A DNA stretch of 64,000 bases from contig CAVOVD010000007.1 of the NCBI GenBank assembly GCA_963699765.1, positions 217,894-281,893 on the forward strand. The letters run 5' to 3'. Under the pieces are notes generated by a model, which was not told the DNA's origin, searched no databases, and saw only the letters and a list, made by a program, of their open reading frames with translations. The position numbers were made by a program, and so were the translations under genes. Source of the stretch: an uncultured beta proteobacterium (GTDB taxonomy: Bacteria; Pseudomonadota; Gammaproteobacteria; Burkholderiales; Casimicrobiaceae). Of this stretch, positions 21,925-32,633 are shown one piece after another (positions within the stretch are counted from its first letter, which is position 1; each line of letters begins with the position of its first letter).

Positions 21925-22407
21925 CTAGGGCTGCCGCAGCAATCGCTCGGCCAGCGCCTCGCTGCCCTGCTCGATCAGGTCGAGCGCGGTTTCGAAGCCC
22001 TCGGCGCCCCCGTCGTAAGGGTCCGGAACGTCGCGCATCGCGAGTTCCGGCACGAAGTCGAGGAAGCGCGCGAGTTGCCCGCCGAAATCCGCCGGGCGCA
22101 GCGCTTCGAGTTCGTCCAGTACCGACTGCTCCATCGCCAGGATCAAGTCGAAGCGCGAAAAATCGCCGATGGTCACCTGCCGCGCCCGCAGCGCCGACAG
22201 GTCGTAGCCGCGAAGCGCCGCATGCGCGACCGCGCGGTAGTCCGGCGGATTGCCCGCATGCCATTCGATGGTGCCGGCGGAATCGACTTCGAGGCGATTG
22301 GCGAGTCCGCGGCGCTTGGCGACCGTGCGAAAGACCACCTCCGCCGTCGGCGATCGGCAGATGTTGCCGATGCAGACGAAAAGAATGCGCGTTCGAGCGG
22401 GCTTCAT
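21925..22407 (-). CDS. Low-molecular-weight protein-tyrosine phosphatase
   Basis: ILFVCIGNICRSP, DSAGT, DVPDPY. Confidence 0.93.
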   Translation of the reverse strand: MKPARTRILFVCIGNICRSPTAEVVFRTVAKRRGLANRLEVDSAGTIEWHAGNPPDYRAVAHAALRGYDLSALRARQVTIGDFSRFDLILAMEQSVLDELEALRPADFGGQLARFLDFVPELAMRDVPDPYDGGAEGFETALDLIEQGSEALAERLLRQP

Positions 22408-22413
22408 CCGGCG

Positions 22414-22944
22414 TCAGTCCGTCGAGGTCCCGGGTTGCCCCGGGAGCGTCGTGGCGGCGTCGGCGCGCGCCAGCATTCCGGCCAGCGCCTCGGCGACGGC
22501 CGCAAGGCGCACGGCCCGACGATCGCCGGCGTAGCGCCGGGTCGCCGTCACGGCCGCCTCGCCGCGCCTGGCCCAGGCGAAGCACACGGTGCCGACCGGC
22601 TTGCCCGCCGAGCCGCCGCCCGGGCCGGCGATGCCGGTGATCGCGACCGCGAGGTCGGCGCGGCTGCCCGCCAGCGCGCCCTCGGCCATCGCCCGCGCGG
22701 TCGCCTCCGACACCGCGCCATGGCGGGCGAGCGTATCGACGGCAACGCCGAGTAGGTCGGTCTTCGCCTCATTCGAGTAGGTCACATAGCCGCGCTCGAA
22801 CCAGTCCGAGCTGCCGGCCACGTCGGTGATCGCCCCGGCGACCAGCCCACCGGTGCAGGACTCGGCGGTCGCGCAGCGCCAGCCGCGCGCGGCCAGCGCC
22901 CGACCGAGTTCGACCGCCAGCCTGTCGATGGAAGTCCCGCTCAC
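22414..22944 (-). CDS. pncC: CinA C-terminal domain / nicotinamide-nucleotide amidohydrolase
   Basis: [44 protein letters not shown] start overlaps the upstream TGA. Confidence 0.9.
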   Translation of the reverse strand: MSGTSIDRLAVELGRALAARGWRCATAESCTGGLVAGAITDVAGSSDWFERGYVTYSNEAKTDLLGVAVDTLARHGAVSEATARAMAEGALAGSRADLAVAITGIAGPGGGSAGKPVGTVCFAWARRGEAAVTATRRYAGDRRAVRLAAVAEALAGMLARADAATTLPGQPGTSTD

Positions 22945-23711
22945 CCGCATTCTCCCGGAAGTCCACGGTAATGGTAGCGGTAGGCGGTGACGAAGCCGAA
23001 CCGGCGGTAGACGGCCAGCGCGCGATGGTTGTCCTCGTCGACCTGCAGGTAGGCATGGCGGGCGCCGTGCTCCCAGGCCCAGGTCAGCAGCCCGGCCAGG
23101 ATGGCGGACGCCACCCCCCGCCCGCGCTGGTCGCCAGCCGTCGCCATGGTGAAAATGCCCGCCAGCCGGTCTTCGAGCATCGCCACGCCGGTGCCGACCG
23201 GCTGCGCCTCTGCACGCGCGACCAGCGCGCGGGTGACCAGCGCGTTGTCGGCGATGCGCGCCAGCAGGGCGGCGTTCTGGGCGGGCGTCGCATTCAGCAG
23301 TTGTCCCGCGGCCGCCGCGAACGCCGAGGGCTCGGGCGATGTCACGTCGAGCCCCGGCACGTCGACCGGTTCGGGAGGCCGGTCGAGCGCCAGGATCTGC
23401 ACCAGCGTCGGCTCGAAGGCCAGGTAGCCGCGCGCCGCAAGCGTGGCGTCGAGCCCCTGCGGCTGCACGAAAGGCGTGATCCGGAACAGCACCGGCAGGC
23501 CGCGCTCGCGATAGATGCGTTCGCAATAGCCGATCTTCTGCGGCAACGGCAGCGACGAACCGAAGTGCGCGTTGACGCTGCGCGCCCGCTTGGTATTGCC
23601 GACGACCAACCGCAGCAGCCAGCCGTCGTAGAACAACTGCCGCTGCGTCTGCAGCCCGTTCAGGCTCGCTTCCTCGACACGCTTCAGGTCGATGTCGTCC
23701 ATGGCGTTCAC
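22941..23711 (-). CDS. GNAT-family N-acetyltransferase
   Basis: DGWLLR...KRA.SVN N-terminal motif, QRGRGVA acetyl-CoA motif, AYLQV...N..A..VY.RFGF. Confidence 0.88.
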   Translation of the reverse strand: MNAMDDIDLKRVEEASLNGLQTQRQLFYDGWLLRLVVGNTKRARSVNAHFGSSLPLPQKIGYCERIYRERGLPVLFRITPFVQPQGLDATLAARGYLAFEPTLVQILALDRPPEPVDVPGLDVTSPEPSAFAAAAGQLLNATPAQNAALLARIADNALVTRALVARAEAQPVGTGVAMLEDRLAGIFTMATAGDQRGRGVASAILAGLLTWAWEHGARHAYLQVDEDNHRALAVYRRFGFVTAYRYHYRGLPGECG

Positions 23712-24220
23712 AGGCCATGGCCCATTGCTGCAAACAGGCGTTGACCGACGGCATACACGACCAGCGCATAGCCGGCCGCGAGCAGATCATCGACCATCAC
23801 GCCGACACCGTTCTTCAGCGCCGCGTCGACCTGCCGGATCGGGGGCGGCTTGACGATGTCGAAGAATCGGAACAGGACGAAGGCCACGGCGATTGCCATC
23901 GGCGACGTGCCGGTGAAGAACAGCACCAGCAGAAATGCCGCGATCTCGTCGACCACGATGCTGCCGTGATCCGGCTTGCCCAGCGCCGTTCCGGTCACCT
24001 GCGACGCCCACGCGCCGGCCACCAGCAGGACCGCGATGCCCGCGGCGAGCGCCGCGTCGCCGCCATTGCTTGCCAGCAGCAGCGCCAGCGGGATGGCCGC
24101 CAGCGTGCCGAAGGTGCCCGGAGCGAACGGGACAAGCCCGGCGCCGAAGCCCAGTGCCAGGAAATGCGCCGGATGGCGAAACAGGAAACCAGTGGTTGGC
24201 CGAGCGGACATCGCGTTCAA
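23708..24220 (-). CDS. pgpA: Phosphatidylglycerophosphatase A
   Basis: [40 protein letters not shown]. Confidence 0.95.
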   Translation of the reverse strand: MNAMSARPTTGFLFRHPAHFLALGFGAGLVPFAPGTFGTLAAIPLALLLASNGGDAALAAGIAVLLVAGAWASQVTGTALGKPDHGSIVVDEIAAFLLVLFFTGTSPMAIAVAFVLFRFFDIVKPPPIRQVDAALKNGVGVMVDDLLAAGYALVVYAVGQRLFAAMGHGL

Positions 24221-25185
24221 CCGAAATGATCGAAGCTGCGCGGCAGGACCGCGAGCGGCGCGCCGGACTCATCCTGCACCGCGAGTCCGGGTGCGGCGAC
24301 GATCGTGCCGATGCGCGTCAACGGCAGCGCCAGTTCCGCAGCAACGCGCGCGATGTCCTGGCGCCGCGCGGGGGACGCGGTGAAGCACAGTTCGTAGTCG
24401 TCGCCGCCGGCGAGCAGGCAGGCGAGCGCCAGATTCCGCTCCGGCGACGCGAGGCGTCCGGTCAGTTCGGCATGCGCCGGCAGCCGCGACAGCTCGAGCC
24501 TTGCGCCGACGCCGGAGGCCTCGAGAATGTGCCCGAGGTCGCCGCAGAGACCATCGGAGACGTCGAGCGCGGCCGAGGCGACACCGCGCAGGCGCGATCC
24601 CAGCGCGACGCGCGGTTCCGGCCGGTCGAGTCGCTCCCGCAGCGTCTCCAGCATCGCCGGCGCGACCGTCGCGCGGCCATCGATCGCGGCAAGCGCCAGC
24701 GCCGCATCGCCCAGGGTACCGGAAACGTGAATGTCGTCGCCGGCCACGGCGCCCGAGCGCAGCAGCGCCGTTCCGGCGGGAAGCTCACCGACGATGGTCA
24801 GGCACAGGTTGCGCGGACCGCGCGTGGTGTCGCCGCCGATCAGCGCGACGCCGAAGCGCCCGGCAAGCGCATGCAGTCCGCGCGCGAAACCGGTCAGCCA
24901 GTCCGGGTCGGCGTCGGGCAGCGCGCCGGCGAGCAACGCCCAGCGCGGCGTCGCTCCCATTGCCGCCATGTCGGACAGGTTGACCGCGAGGGTCTTGTGG
25001 CCGAGCGACTCGGCATCGGCGCCGGGGGCGAAATGACGACCTTCGACCAGCATGTCGACCGCGATGGCCAGTTCGCAGCCCGGCGACGGCGCGACGATCG
25101 CCGCATCGTCGCCGATCCCCACGCGCACGGCGACATCGCTCACCGGACGCGCGAAGTGGCGCGCGATGAGTTCGAACTCGTTCAT
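24217..25185 (-). CDS. thiL: Thiamine-phosphate kinase
   Basis: MNEFELI, GIGDDAA, AVNLSDMAAMGA, LIGGDT, DVSDGL, GGDDYELCFT. Confidence 0.96.
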   Translation of the reverse strand: MNEFELIARHFARPVSDVAVRVGIGDDAAIVAPSPGCELAIAVDMLVEGRHFAPGADAESLGHKTLAVNLSDMAAMGATPRWALLAGALPDADPDWLTGFARGLHALAGRFGVALIGGDTTRGPRNLCLTIVGELPAGTALLRSGAVAGDDIHVSGTLGDAALALAAIDGRATVAPAMLETLRERLDRPEPRVALGSRLRGVASAALDVSDGLCGDLGHILEASGVGARLELSRLPAHAELTGRLASPERNLALACLLAGGDDYELCFTASPARRQDIARVAAELALPLTRIGTIVAAPGLAVQDESGAPLAVLPRSFDHFG

Positions 25186-25307
25186 CGCCGCGAAGCGCCG
25201 ATCTCACGCCGCCAGCGGGCGGGCAGGTCGCGGCTGGTGCCGAAGCCGATGGCGAGCAGCGCGAGGGCAGCCAGCCAAAGGCGCGCAGGCGCGCCGCAGC
25301 GCCGCAT
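25182..25307 (-). CDS. Putative 41-aa small membrane protein
   Basis: MRRCGAPARLWLAALALLAIGFGTSRDLPARWRREIGASRR*. Fills the nusB-thiL gap and its stop overlaps the thiL ATG (ATGA). No clear RBS. Confidence 0.4.
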   Translation of the reverse strand: MRRCGAPARLWLAALALLAIGFGTSRDLPARWRREIGASRR

Positions 25308-25311
25308 GGAC

Positions 25312-25761
25312 TCAGGACGCCGCGACGTCACGACGCAGTGCCGCGATCTCCACGGCCCGGACGTCCGCGGCCAGGCGGTCGAGCACGCCGTTCACGAACC
25401 GGTGCCCGTCGGTACCACCATAGCTCTTGGCGAGTTCGACCGCCTCGTTGATCACGACCTTGTACGGAATCTCCGGGCGGCGGACGAGTTCCCACGCGCC
25501 GATGACGATGATGGCGCGCTCGACCGGCGACAGCGCCGCGGGCTTGCGGTCGAGATGCGGGGTCAGCACGTCGAGCATCGCATCCCAGTCGGCGCCGACG
25601 CCCTGCCAGAGTTCGTCGAAGTACGGCTGGTCCGCGCGCAGGTAGCCATGGCTCGCCGCCAGGTCGTCGCGCACCGCGCTGCGCGCGTTGCCCGACAGCT
25701 GCTGCTGATAAAGCCCCTGCAGCACCAGTTCGCGCGCGCGCCGGCGAGGACTAGTCGCCAT
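25312..25761 (-). CDS. nusB: Transcription antitermination factor NusB
   Basis: RRRARELVLQGLYQ, PYKVVINEAVELAKSYG, FVNGVLD. Confidence 0.96.
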   Translation of the reverse strand: MATSPRRRARELVLQGLYQQQLSGNARSAVRDDLAASHGYLRADQPYFDELWQGVGADWDAMLDVLTPHLDRKPAALSPVERAIIVIGAWELVRRPEIPYKVVINEAVELAKSYGGTDGHRFVNGVLDRLAADVRAVEIAALRRDVAAS

Positions 25762-26218
25762 CGTCGATCGCCTCGAACAGATTGGCGAGTTCCAGCGCCG
25801 CCTGCGCGGCCTCGTAGCCCTTCTGGTCCATGCGCGCCTCGGCCTGCGCATCGGTCTCGCAGGTCAGGATGCCGTTGCCGATGGGGATGCCGAACTCAAG
25901 CGCCACGCTCGAAACGCCCGCCGCCGACTCGTTGGAGACGATTTCGAAGTGATAGGTCTCGCCGCGGATCACCGCACCCAGGACGACCAGGGCATCGAAG
26001 TCTTCCGATTGCGCGAGGCGCTGCAATGCAAGCGGAGCCTCGAGCGCCCCGGGGACCGTCACGATCGCGATGGCCGATTCGTCGACGCCCGCCTCGGCGA
26101 GCGCGCGCAGCGCGCCGGCCAGCAGTCCGTCGCCGATCGCGGGATTGAACCGCGACAGGCAGATGCCGACGCGGCGGCCCTTGCCTGCCGCATTGGGGGG
26201 GATGCGTCGAATGGCCAT
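25751..26218 (-). CDS. ribH: 6,7-dimethyl-8-ribityllumazine synthase
   Basis: [25 protein letters not shown]. Confidence 0.96.
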   Translation of the reverse strand: MAIRRIPPNAAGKGRRVGICLSRFNPAIGDGLLAGALRALAEAGVDESAIAIVTVPGALEAPLALQRLAQSEDFDALVVLGAVIRGETYHFEIVSNESAAGVSSVALEFGIPIGNGILTCETDAQAEARMDQKGYEAAQAALELANLFEAIDDGD

Positions 26219-26236
26219 CGGTGCGCGCCCTCGCGT

Positions 26237-27338
26237 TCAGGACGCGCCGGGCGCCTCGCTTTCGTAACCGGTGACCTCGAGGTCGAAACCCGCCATGCTC
26301 GGCATCTTGCGCGGCTTGGCGAGCAGGCGCATCCGGCCGACGTTCAGATCCCGCAGGATCTGCGCGCCGATACCGTAGTTGCGCAGGTCCATCTTGGTCG
26401 ACGGCGGCGGCGCGTCGGCGACGGCGCGGCTGCGCAGTTCGGCCGGGGTCTCCGGCCGGTGGAGCAGCACCACGACTCCGCGCCCGGCGCGGTTGACCGC
26501 CTCGAGTGCGCCGGGAATCGTCCACGAGTGCGCCGGGCTTTCCGCGTCGAGCAGATCGATCACCGACAGCGGCTCGTGCACGCGCACCAGCGTCTCGACA
26601 TCGGGCGCGATCGGGCCGCGAACCAGCGCCAGGTGCGTCGCGTCCGACAGCTTCTCCCGGTAGACGACCAGCCGGAACGCGCCATGCGGCGTGTTGATCG
26701 GCCGTTCGGCGACCCGCTCGACGATTCTCTCGGTGCGGCTGCGATGGTGGATGAGATCGGTGATGGTGCCGATCTTCAGTCCGTGTTCCGCGGCGAATGT
26801 CAGCAGGTCGGGCATGCGCGCCATCGTGCCGTCGTCCTTCATGATTTCGCAGATCACCGCCGCAGGGCGTGAGTCCCGCCATGCGCGCCAGGTCGCAGCC
26901 GGCCTCGGTATGCCCGGCGCGTACCAGAACGCCGCCCGGCAGCGCCTTGACCGGAAAGATGTGTCCCGGGTGGACGATGTCGGTCGGCTTGGCATCCGCC
27001 GCGACGGCGGCGCGCACGGTCCGCGCGCGGTCGGCGGCGGAAATGCCGGTGGTGACGCCTTCCGCGGCCTCGATCGAGACCGTGAAGTTCGTTCCGTGAC
27101 CCGAGCGGTTGGCGGACACCATCGGCGGCAGCGCCAGCTGCCGGCAGCGCTCCTCGGTGAGCGTCAGGCAGATCAGGCCGCGCGCGTGCCTGGCCATGAA
27201 GTTGATCGCCTCCGCGGACACGAAGTCGGCGGCCAGCACCAGGTCGCCCTCGTTCTCGCGATCCTCCTCGTCGACGAGCACGACCATGCGGCCGGCCTTG
27301 AGCTCGGCGACGATTTCGGCAGTGCTGGCAAGGGTCAT
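26237..27338 (-). CDS. ribB: DHBP synthase fused to a GTP cyclohydrolase II-like domain (RibBA/RibBX); frameshift near 26865
   Basis: [43 protein letters not shown], then VICEIM in a second frame; C-terminal [11 protein letters not shown]. Confidence 0.92.
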
Positions 27339-27399
27339 GTCGGCGGCTCTGTTTCCGGGGGGCGGCGACGGGCAACCGGCCCGCGGCAACCGTGCAAGT

Positions 27400-30300
27400 T
27401 TACCGCAGTGCGGCACCGGCCGCCGCCGGCTCCGGCTCGGACTCCCGCCGGATCCGGAACCACGCCGCGTAAAGTGCCGGAAGAAAGAGCAGCGTCAGCG
27501 CGGTCGCGACGACGATGCCGCCCATCATCGCCACCGCCATCGGCCCGAAGAAGTCGCTGCGCAGCAGCGGGATCATCGCCAGGACGGCGGCCGCCGCCGT
27601 CAGCACGATCGGCCGGAAGCGGCGCACGGTCGCGCCGATCACCGCGTCCCAGCCCGAACGCCCGGCCCTGACGTCCTGGTCGATCTGGTCGACCAGGATG
27701 ATCGAGTTGCGCATGATGATGCCGGCAAGCGCGATCGTGCCGAGCATGGCGACGAATCCGAACGGCTGGCCGAATACGAGCAGCGCCGCAACCACGCCGA
27801 TCAGGCCCAGCGGCGCGGTCAGCACCACCATCAGCGTGCGCGAAACGCTTTGCAGCTGGACCATCAGCAGCGTCAGCACGGTGACCACCAGCAGCGGCAG
27901 TCCGGCGACGATCGAGCGCTGCCCGCGCGCCGAATCCTCGATGGAACCGCCCGCCTCGATCCGGTAGCCCAGCGGCAGGCCTGCGCGCAGATTCGCGAGT
28001 TGCGGGTCGATCCTGGCGGCGACGGTCGGCCCCTGCGCGTCGCCGCGCACGTCCGAACGCACGGTGATGGCGGGCAACCGGTCGCGGCGCCAGAGGATGC
28101 CGTCCTCGAGTTCATGGCGGATCTCGGCGATCTGGGTGATCGGCACCGCGCGGCCGCTGCGCGACGGGATCGCCAGGTCCTTGAGGAGGCTCATCTTCGC
28201 GCGCTCTTCGGCGGCGCCGCGCAGGATCACCTCGACCTGCCGGTCGCCTTCGCGATAGTGCGTCACCGTGACCCCGGAAACCGAGTTGTTGAGGAACGCC
28301 GCGAGCTCCTGCGAGGAAATCCCCAGCACGCGCGCCTTGTTCTGATCCACCACCAGCCGGATGACCTTGGAAGGCTCGTCCCAGTCGAACTGGACCTCCT
28401 GCGTGTCCTGGTCGGCGCGCATCACCTGCGCCACCTCGCGGGCGATCGCGCGCACTTTGGCGACATCCTCGCCGGTCACGCGGAACTGCACCGGGAATCC
28501 CACCGGCGGCCCGTTCTCCAGCCGCGAGACGCGCCCGCGAAGCTCCGGAAAATCGGTCTCGAACAGCGCGCGCAACCGGGCGCGCACCTTCTCGCGCTCG
28601 GTGTTGCCTCGGGTCGTCACGACCGCCTGAGCGATGTTGGCGTGCTGCAGCTGCTGGTCGAGCGCCATGTAGAAGCGCGGCGAGCCCGATCCGACGTAGG
28701 TGACGTAATTCTCGATGTCGGGATCCTTCGCCAGCACGGCCTCCAGCCGCGTGGTGGCGTCCAGCGTCGCCGCGAAGGACGCGCCCTCCGGAAGGCGCAG
28801 GTCGACGATCAGCTCGACGCGCGACGACGCCGGGAAGAACTGCTGCGGCACCAGGCGGAACATCCCCAGCGCCACGACGAACAGCACGACGGTTGCGACG
28901 ATCACCGTCGCGCGATGCCCGACGCACCACTGGATGAAGCGGCGCAGGCGCGTGTAGAACGGCGTCCGGTACGGCGCATCGATGTCGTCGGTATGCATCG
29001 GCGCATGCGGCGGCGGCGCGGGCCGGCCGCGCACCCGTGCCGACAACCGTGCCCACAGCGATGCCGGGCGGGGCTTGGTGAAGTCGGGCAGCATCCGGAA
29101 GCCGAGATAGGGGATCACGACGACGGCGATGACCCAGGAGACGATCAGCGCGATCGCCGACACCTGGAAGATCGAGCGCGTGTATTCGCCGGTGCTGCTG
29201 TGGGCGGTGGCGATGGGCAGGAAGCCGGCGACGGTCACCAGCGTGCCGGTCAGCATCGGAAACGCGGTGCTGGTGTAGGCGAAACTCGCGGCGCGGAAAC
29301 GGTCGAAGCCCTGCTCGAGCTTGATGGCCATCATCTCGACCGCGATGATCGCGTCGTCCACCAGCAGGCCCAGCGACAGGATCAGCGCGCCCAGCGAGGT
29401 CTTGTGCAGGCCGATGTCGAACAGCCACATGAACATGAAGGTGACCGCGAGCACCAGCGGAATGGACACCGCCACGACCAGTCCCGTGCGCAGGCCGAGG
29501 CTCACCAGCGACACGACCAGCACGATCAGCACGGCCTCGATGAGCGCGCGCAGGAACTGGTTGATCGACCGCTGTACCGCCTTCGGCATGCTGGCCACCA
29601 GGCTCATCTCCACGCCGACCGGCAATTGCTGCTTGATGCGCGCAGTGGCGCGTTCGAGGTCGTGGCCAAGCTCGATCACGTCGCCGCCCTTCTGCATGGT
29701 CACGCCGAGGCCGAGCGCCTCGACGCCCTGCCAGCGCATCTTCTGCTGCGGCGGATCGACGTAGCCGCGCGTCACCGTCGCGATGTCGCCCAGCCGGAAC
29801 AGCCTGTTGTTGGCGCGGATCGCCAGGTCGCGGATCGCCTCGACGCTGTCGAAGGCGCCGCTGGAGCGGACGAAGATGCGGTCGGTGGACGTGTCGAACA
29901 CGCCGGCCGCGGCGACTGCATTCTGCCGGGCCAGCGTGTCGATGATCTGCGTCGGTTCGAGCCCGAGCGTGGCGAGCTTGCTGTTCGACAGCTCGATGTA
30001 GATCTTTTCCTCCTGCGCGCCGATGAAGTCGACCTTGCCCACGCCGGGCACGCGCAGGAGCTCGGCGCGAACCAGGTCGCCGAAATCCTTGAGCTCACGG
30101 TAACCGAAGCCGTCGCCGGTCAACGCATACACATTGGCGTAGGTGTCGCCGAATTCGTCGTTGAAGAACGGCCCCTGGATGCCGGCGGGCAGCGTGTGGC
30201 GGATGTCGCCGATCTTCTTGCGTACCTGGTAGAAGGCCTCGGGCGCCGATCCGGGCGGCGCGCTGTCCTTGAGCGCGAAGAACACCATCGACTCGCCCGG

Positions 30301-30618
30301 CTTGGAATAGCTGCGCAGCCAGTCGACGTTGGCGACCTCCTGCAGCTTGCGCTCGATGCGGTCGGTCAGCTGCTGCTCGACCTCGTGCGCCGACGCGCCC
30401 GGCCAGTTGGTCTTGACCACCATGATGCGGAAGGTGAACGGCGGATCCTCGGACTGGCCCAGGCGCTGGTACGACAGCGCGCCAAGCACCGTGAACACGA
30501 CGATCAGGTAGAGGACGAGCGCCCGGTGGCGCAGCGCCCATTCCGAAAGGTTGAAGCGCGACCTGGCGTCACCGGCAGCAGGTCCGGAATCCATCGCCGC
30601 GCCGTCGCGATCGCTCAC
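27400..30618 (-). CDS. RND efflux permease (AcrB/MexK-like)
   Basis: [37 protein letters not shown]; 1072 aa, intact. Confidence 0.95.
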   Translation of the reverse strand: MSDRDGAAMDSGPAAGDARSRFNLSEWALRHRALVLYLIVVFTVLGALSYQRLGQSEDPPFTFRIMVVKTNWPGASAHEVEQQLTDRIERKLQEVANVDWLRSYSKPGESMVFFALKDSAPPGSAPEAFYQVRKKIGDIRHTLPAGIQGPFFNDEFGDTYANVYALTGDGFGYRELKDFGDLVRAELLRVPGVGKVDFIGAQEEKIYIELSNSKLATLGLEPTQIIDTLARQNAVAAAGVFDTSTDRIFVRSSGAFDSVEAIRDLAIRANNRLFRLGDIATVTRGYVDPPQQKMRWQGVEALGLGVTMQKGGDVIELGHDLERATARIKQQLPVGVEMSLVASMPKAVQRSINQFLRALIEAVLIVLVVSLVSLGLRTGLVVAVSIPLVLAVTFMFMWLFDIGLHKTSLGALILSLGLLVDDAIIAVEMMAIKLEQGFDRFRAASFAYTSTAFPMLTGTLVTVAGFLPIATAHSSTGEYTRSIFQVSAIALIVSWVIAVVVIPYLGFRMLPDFTKPRPASLWARLSARVRGRPAPPPHAPMHTDDIDAPYRTPFYTRLRRFIQWCVGHRATVIVATVVLFVVALGMFRLVPQQFFPASSRVELIVDLRLPEGASFAATLDATTRLEAVLAKDPDIENYVTYVGSGSPRFYMALDQQLQHANIAQAVVTTRGNTEREKVRARLRALFETDFPELRGRVSRLENGPPVGFPVQFRVTGEDVAKVRAIAREVAQVMRADQDTQEVQFDWDEPSKVIRLVVDQNKARVLGISSQELAAFLNNSVSGVTVTHYREGDRQVEVILRGAAEERAKMSLLKDLAIPSRSGRAVPITQIAEIRHELEDGILWRRDRLPAITVRSDVRGDAQGPTVAARIDPQLANLRAGLPLGYRIEAGGSIEDSARGQRSIVAGLPLLVVTVLTLLMVQLQSVSRTLMVVLTAPLGLIGVVAALLVFGQPFGFVAMLGTIALAGIIMRNSIILVDQIDQDVRAGRSGWDAVIGATVRRFRPIVLTAAAAVLAMIPLLRSDFFGPMAVAMMGGIVVATALTLLFLPALYAAWFRIRRESEPEPAAAGAALR

Positions 30619-31722
30619 TTGCCGGCGAGCGACGGAACCGCGGGCCCGGCGTCATACGGCCGGACGACCTGACCCGGCAGCAGCCGGTGAACGCCGGCGG
30701 CGACGATCCAGTCACCCGGCGCCACGCCGGAAAGGATGACGATGCCGTCCTCGCGGTACTGCCCGACCTTGACCGGTGCCAGCGACACCGTGCGCGTCGC
30801 CGCATCGTAACGCCACACTGCCGGCATTGCCGTCCTTCTGGTAGAGCGCGGTGAGCGGGATGACGGCAGCGCCGGCCGTCGTCGGCCCGACCAGGCCGAC
30901 GTTGGCGGTCATGCCCAGCGCCAGCGACGCATCGGCATCGAGGATCGTCACCCGCACGCTGAACGTCCGCGTCGCCGGATCGACCGCCGGAGAAATCTCG
31001 CGCACGCGCGCCGGGACGCAGGCGTTCGGGCTCCGCCCACAGCGACACCACCAGCTGCTGCGCCGACTTCAGTTCGTCCAGGCGATTCTCCGGCACGCTG
31101 ATCGACACCTCGCGCTCGCCGGCGCGCGCCACGCGCACCACCGGCTGCCCCGCGGTGACCACCTGCCCCGGCTCGGCCGCCACCGCGGTGACCACGCCGG
31201 CCTCCGGCGCGACCAGCGCAGCGTAGCTCAGCTGGTTGCGCGAAACGGCGAGATTCGCCTTCGCCTGTTCGTACTTCGCACGGTTGGCATCGAGCGCGTT
31301 GCGCTTGGCATCCAGCGCCGACGCACTGATGAATTTTTCCCGATGCAGATTCTGGTAGCGCTCGTACTCCGCCTGCGCGAACCTGAACTCGGTCTCGGTG
31401 GCCGCGACCTGCGCCTTCGCGGCCTCGGCCTGCAGGCCGACGTCCGCCGGATCCAGGCGCGCCAGCACCTGGCCCTTGTCGACGCGCGCGCCGACATCGA
31501 CTTCGCGGGCGATGAGTTTCCCGGGGATGCGGAACGCGAGATCGGTCTCGTGCCGCGGCCTCACCTCGCCGGCGAACACCGACGCCGATCCTCCGTCCGG
31601 CGCGAACCTGTTCGAGCTTGACCGGCCGCACCGGCTCGACCGGCTTGTCGGTCGGGGCCGCAGCCGGCAAGCAGCATCGCTGCCGCCGCGATCATCCACA
31701 GACGGGTCGGGACCGCGCTCAT
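30615..31722 (-). CDS. RND periplasmic adaptor (membrane fusion) lipoprotein; about 4 frameshifts
   Basis: Lipobox LLAGC, LAFRIPGK, G..V.KGQVLA.LD, EPGQVV.AGQ, REISP..DP.TRTF, GVHRL.PGQ.V spread over several frames. Confidence 0.88.
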
Positions 31723-32426
31723 TGCTTCACCTCGGGCGACTTGCCGGTCGGCCGCTGCGTGCCGGCCAGCGTCCCCGACCACAGCGCCAGCAGCGCACGG
31801 TCGATGTCCTCGGCATAAGGCAACACCGGAATCGGGACTGCCGCGGGATTCTCCGCTCCGGCGCCGCCGTTGAACGGACAGATCGCCGCACTCGCGCCTG
31901 CGGACATCTGCCACAGTCCGACGATCAGCGCATAGGAGTGGCGCAGCAGCACCATGCCGCGGCCGGCGCCCAGCGCGGGGAAGTGCCGCTCCAGACCGGC
32001 GCCCGCGCGATTGAGGCGCTCGAACATGCGCAGCCTGAACTGCGCGGCGGCGTCGGGGGGAAGACTCTGCGCCATCATGCCGAAGCAGCGCGCGGCCAGC
32101 GGCAGGCGCAGCGGCGGCTCGACCAGGTGTTCGTGCGTCAGCGCCAGGATGCCGTCGAAGGTGACCGGCGCGTCGCCGTCCAGTATTTCGATCAGCGCAT
32201 TGAAGAACAGGTCCAGCCCGCGTTCGTGGACGGCGAGCAGCAGTTCTTCCTTGCCCGGAAAGTAGAGATAGACGGTGCCCTTGGCGAGACCCGCCTCGTC
32301 GGCGACCTCCGCCACGTTGGCGATGCGATCCGGCGAGCGTTCGAGCAGCCGTTCGGCCGCGTCGAGAATCGCGTGATGCCGTTCCTGCTTGGCCTCGGCC
32401 TGAATGGCCCGCTGTCGGATGACCAT
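31719..32426 (-). CDS. TetR/AcrR-family transcriptional regulator
   Basis: ILDAA..L...VA.EAGLAKGTVYLYF.GKEEL; first gene of the RND operon. Confidence 0.93.
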   Translation of the reverse strand: MVIRQRAIQAEAKQERHHAILDAAERLLERSPDRIANVAEVADEAGLAKGTVYLYFPGKEELLLAVHERGLDLFFNALIEILDGDAPVTFDGILALTHEHLVEPPLRLPLAARCFGMMAQSLPPDAAAQFRLRMFERLNRAGAGLERHFPALGAGRGMVLLRHSYALIVGLWQMSAGASAAICPFNGGAGAENPAAVPIPVLPYAEDIDRALLALWSGTLAGTQRPTGKSPEVKQ

Positions 32427-32455
32427 GGGTTTCCTCCCCGGATGCCGCGACCCAT

Positions 32456-32510
32456 AACTGACCCCAGGTCACTTGAACGGCAGCGTAAGTGACCCTCGGT
32501 CAGTTGTCAA
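32456..32510 (-). promoter_or_regulatory. Sigma70 promoter (TTGACA-17-TACGCT) with two TGACC-N3-GGTCA operators
   Basis: -35 at 32505-32510, -10 at 32482-32487. Palindromes AACTGACCccaGGTCACTT (32456-32474) and AAGTGACCctcGGTCAGTT (32487-32505). Confidence 0.85.
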
Positions 32511-32633
32511 GCGGGGAGGATGATTCTGCCGCAGGCGGGCGAGTTACGGCTGCCCGCGCGCCGCCGGTCCGGTGCCGATGCCACTTCCTCGAGACGCGCC
32601 GCGCCGCCGGCATCCCGCCGACGCCTGCCCGTG

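Noticed and set aside
26237-27338. Programmed frameshifting or phase variation in ribB, pil genes and dctM
   Set aside because: No consistent slippery sites or long homopolymers seen at the shifts, and multiple shifts per gene fit sequencing error better.
27339-27400. FMN riboswitch upstream of ribB or ribD
   Set aside because: Intergenic gaps are too short and lack recognisable RFN motifs.
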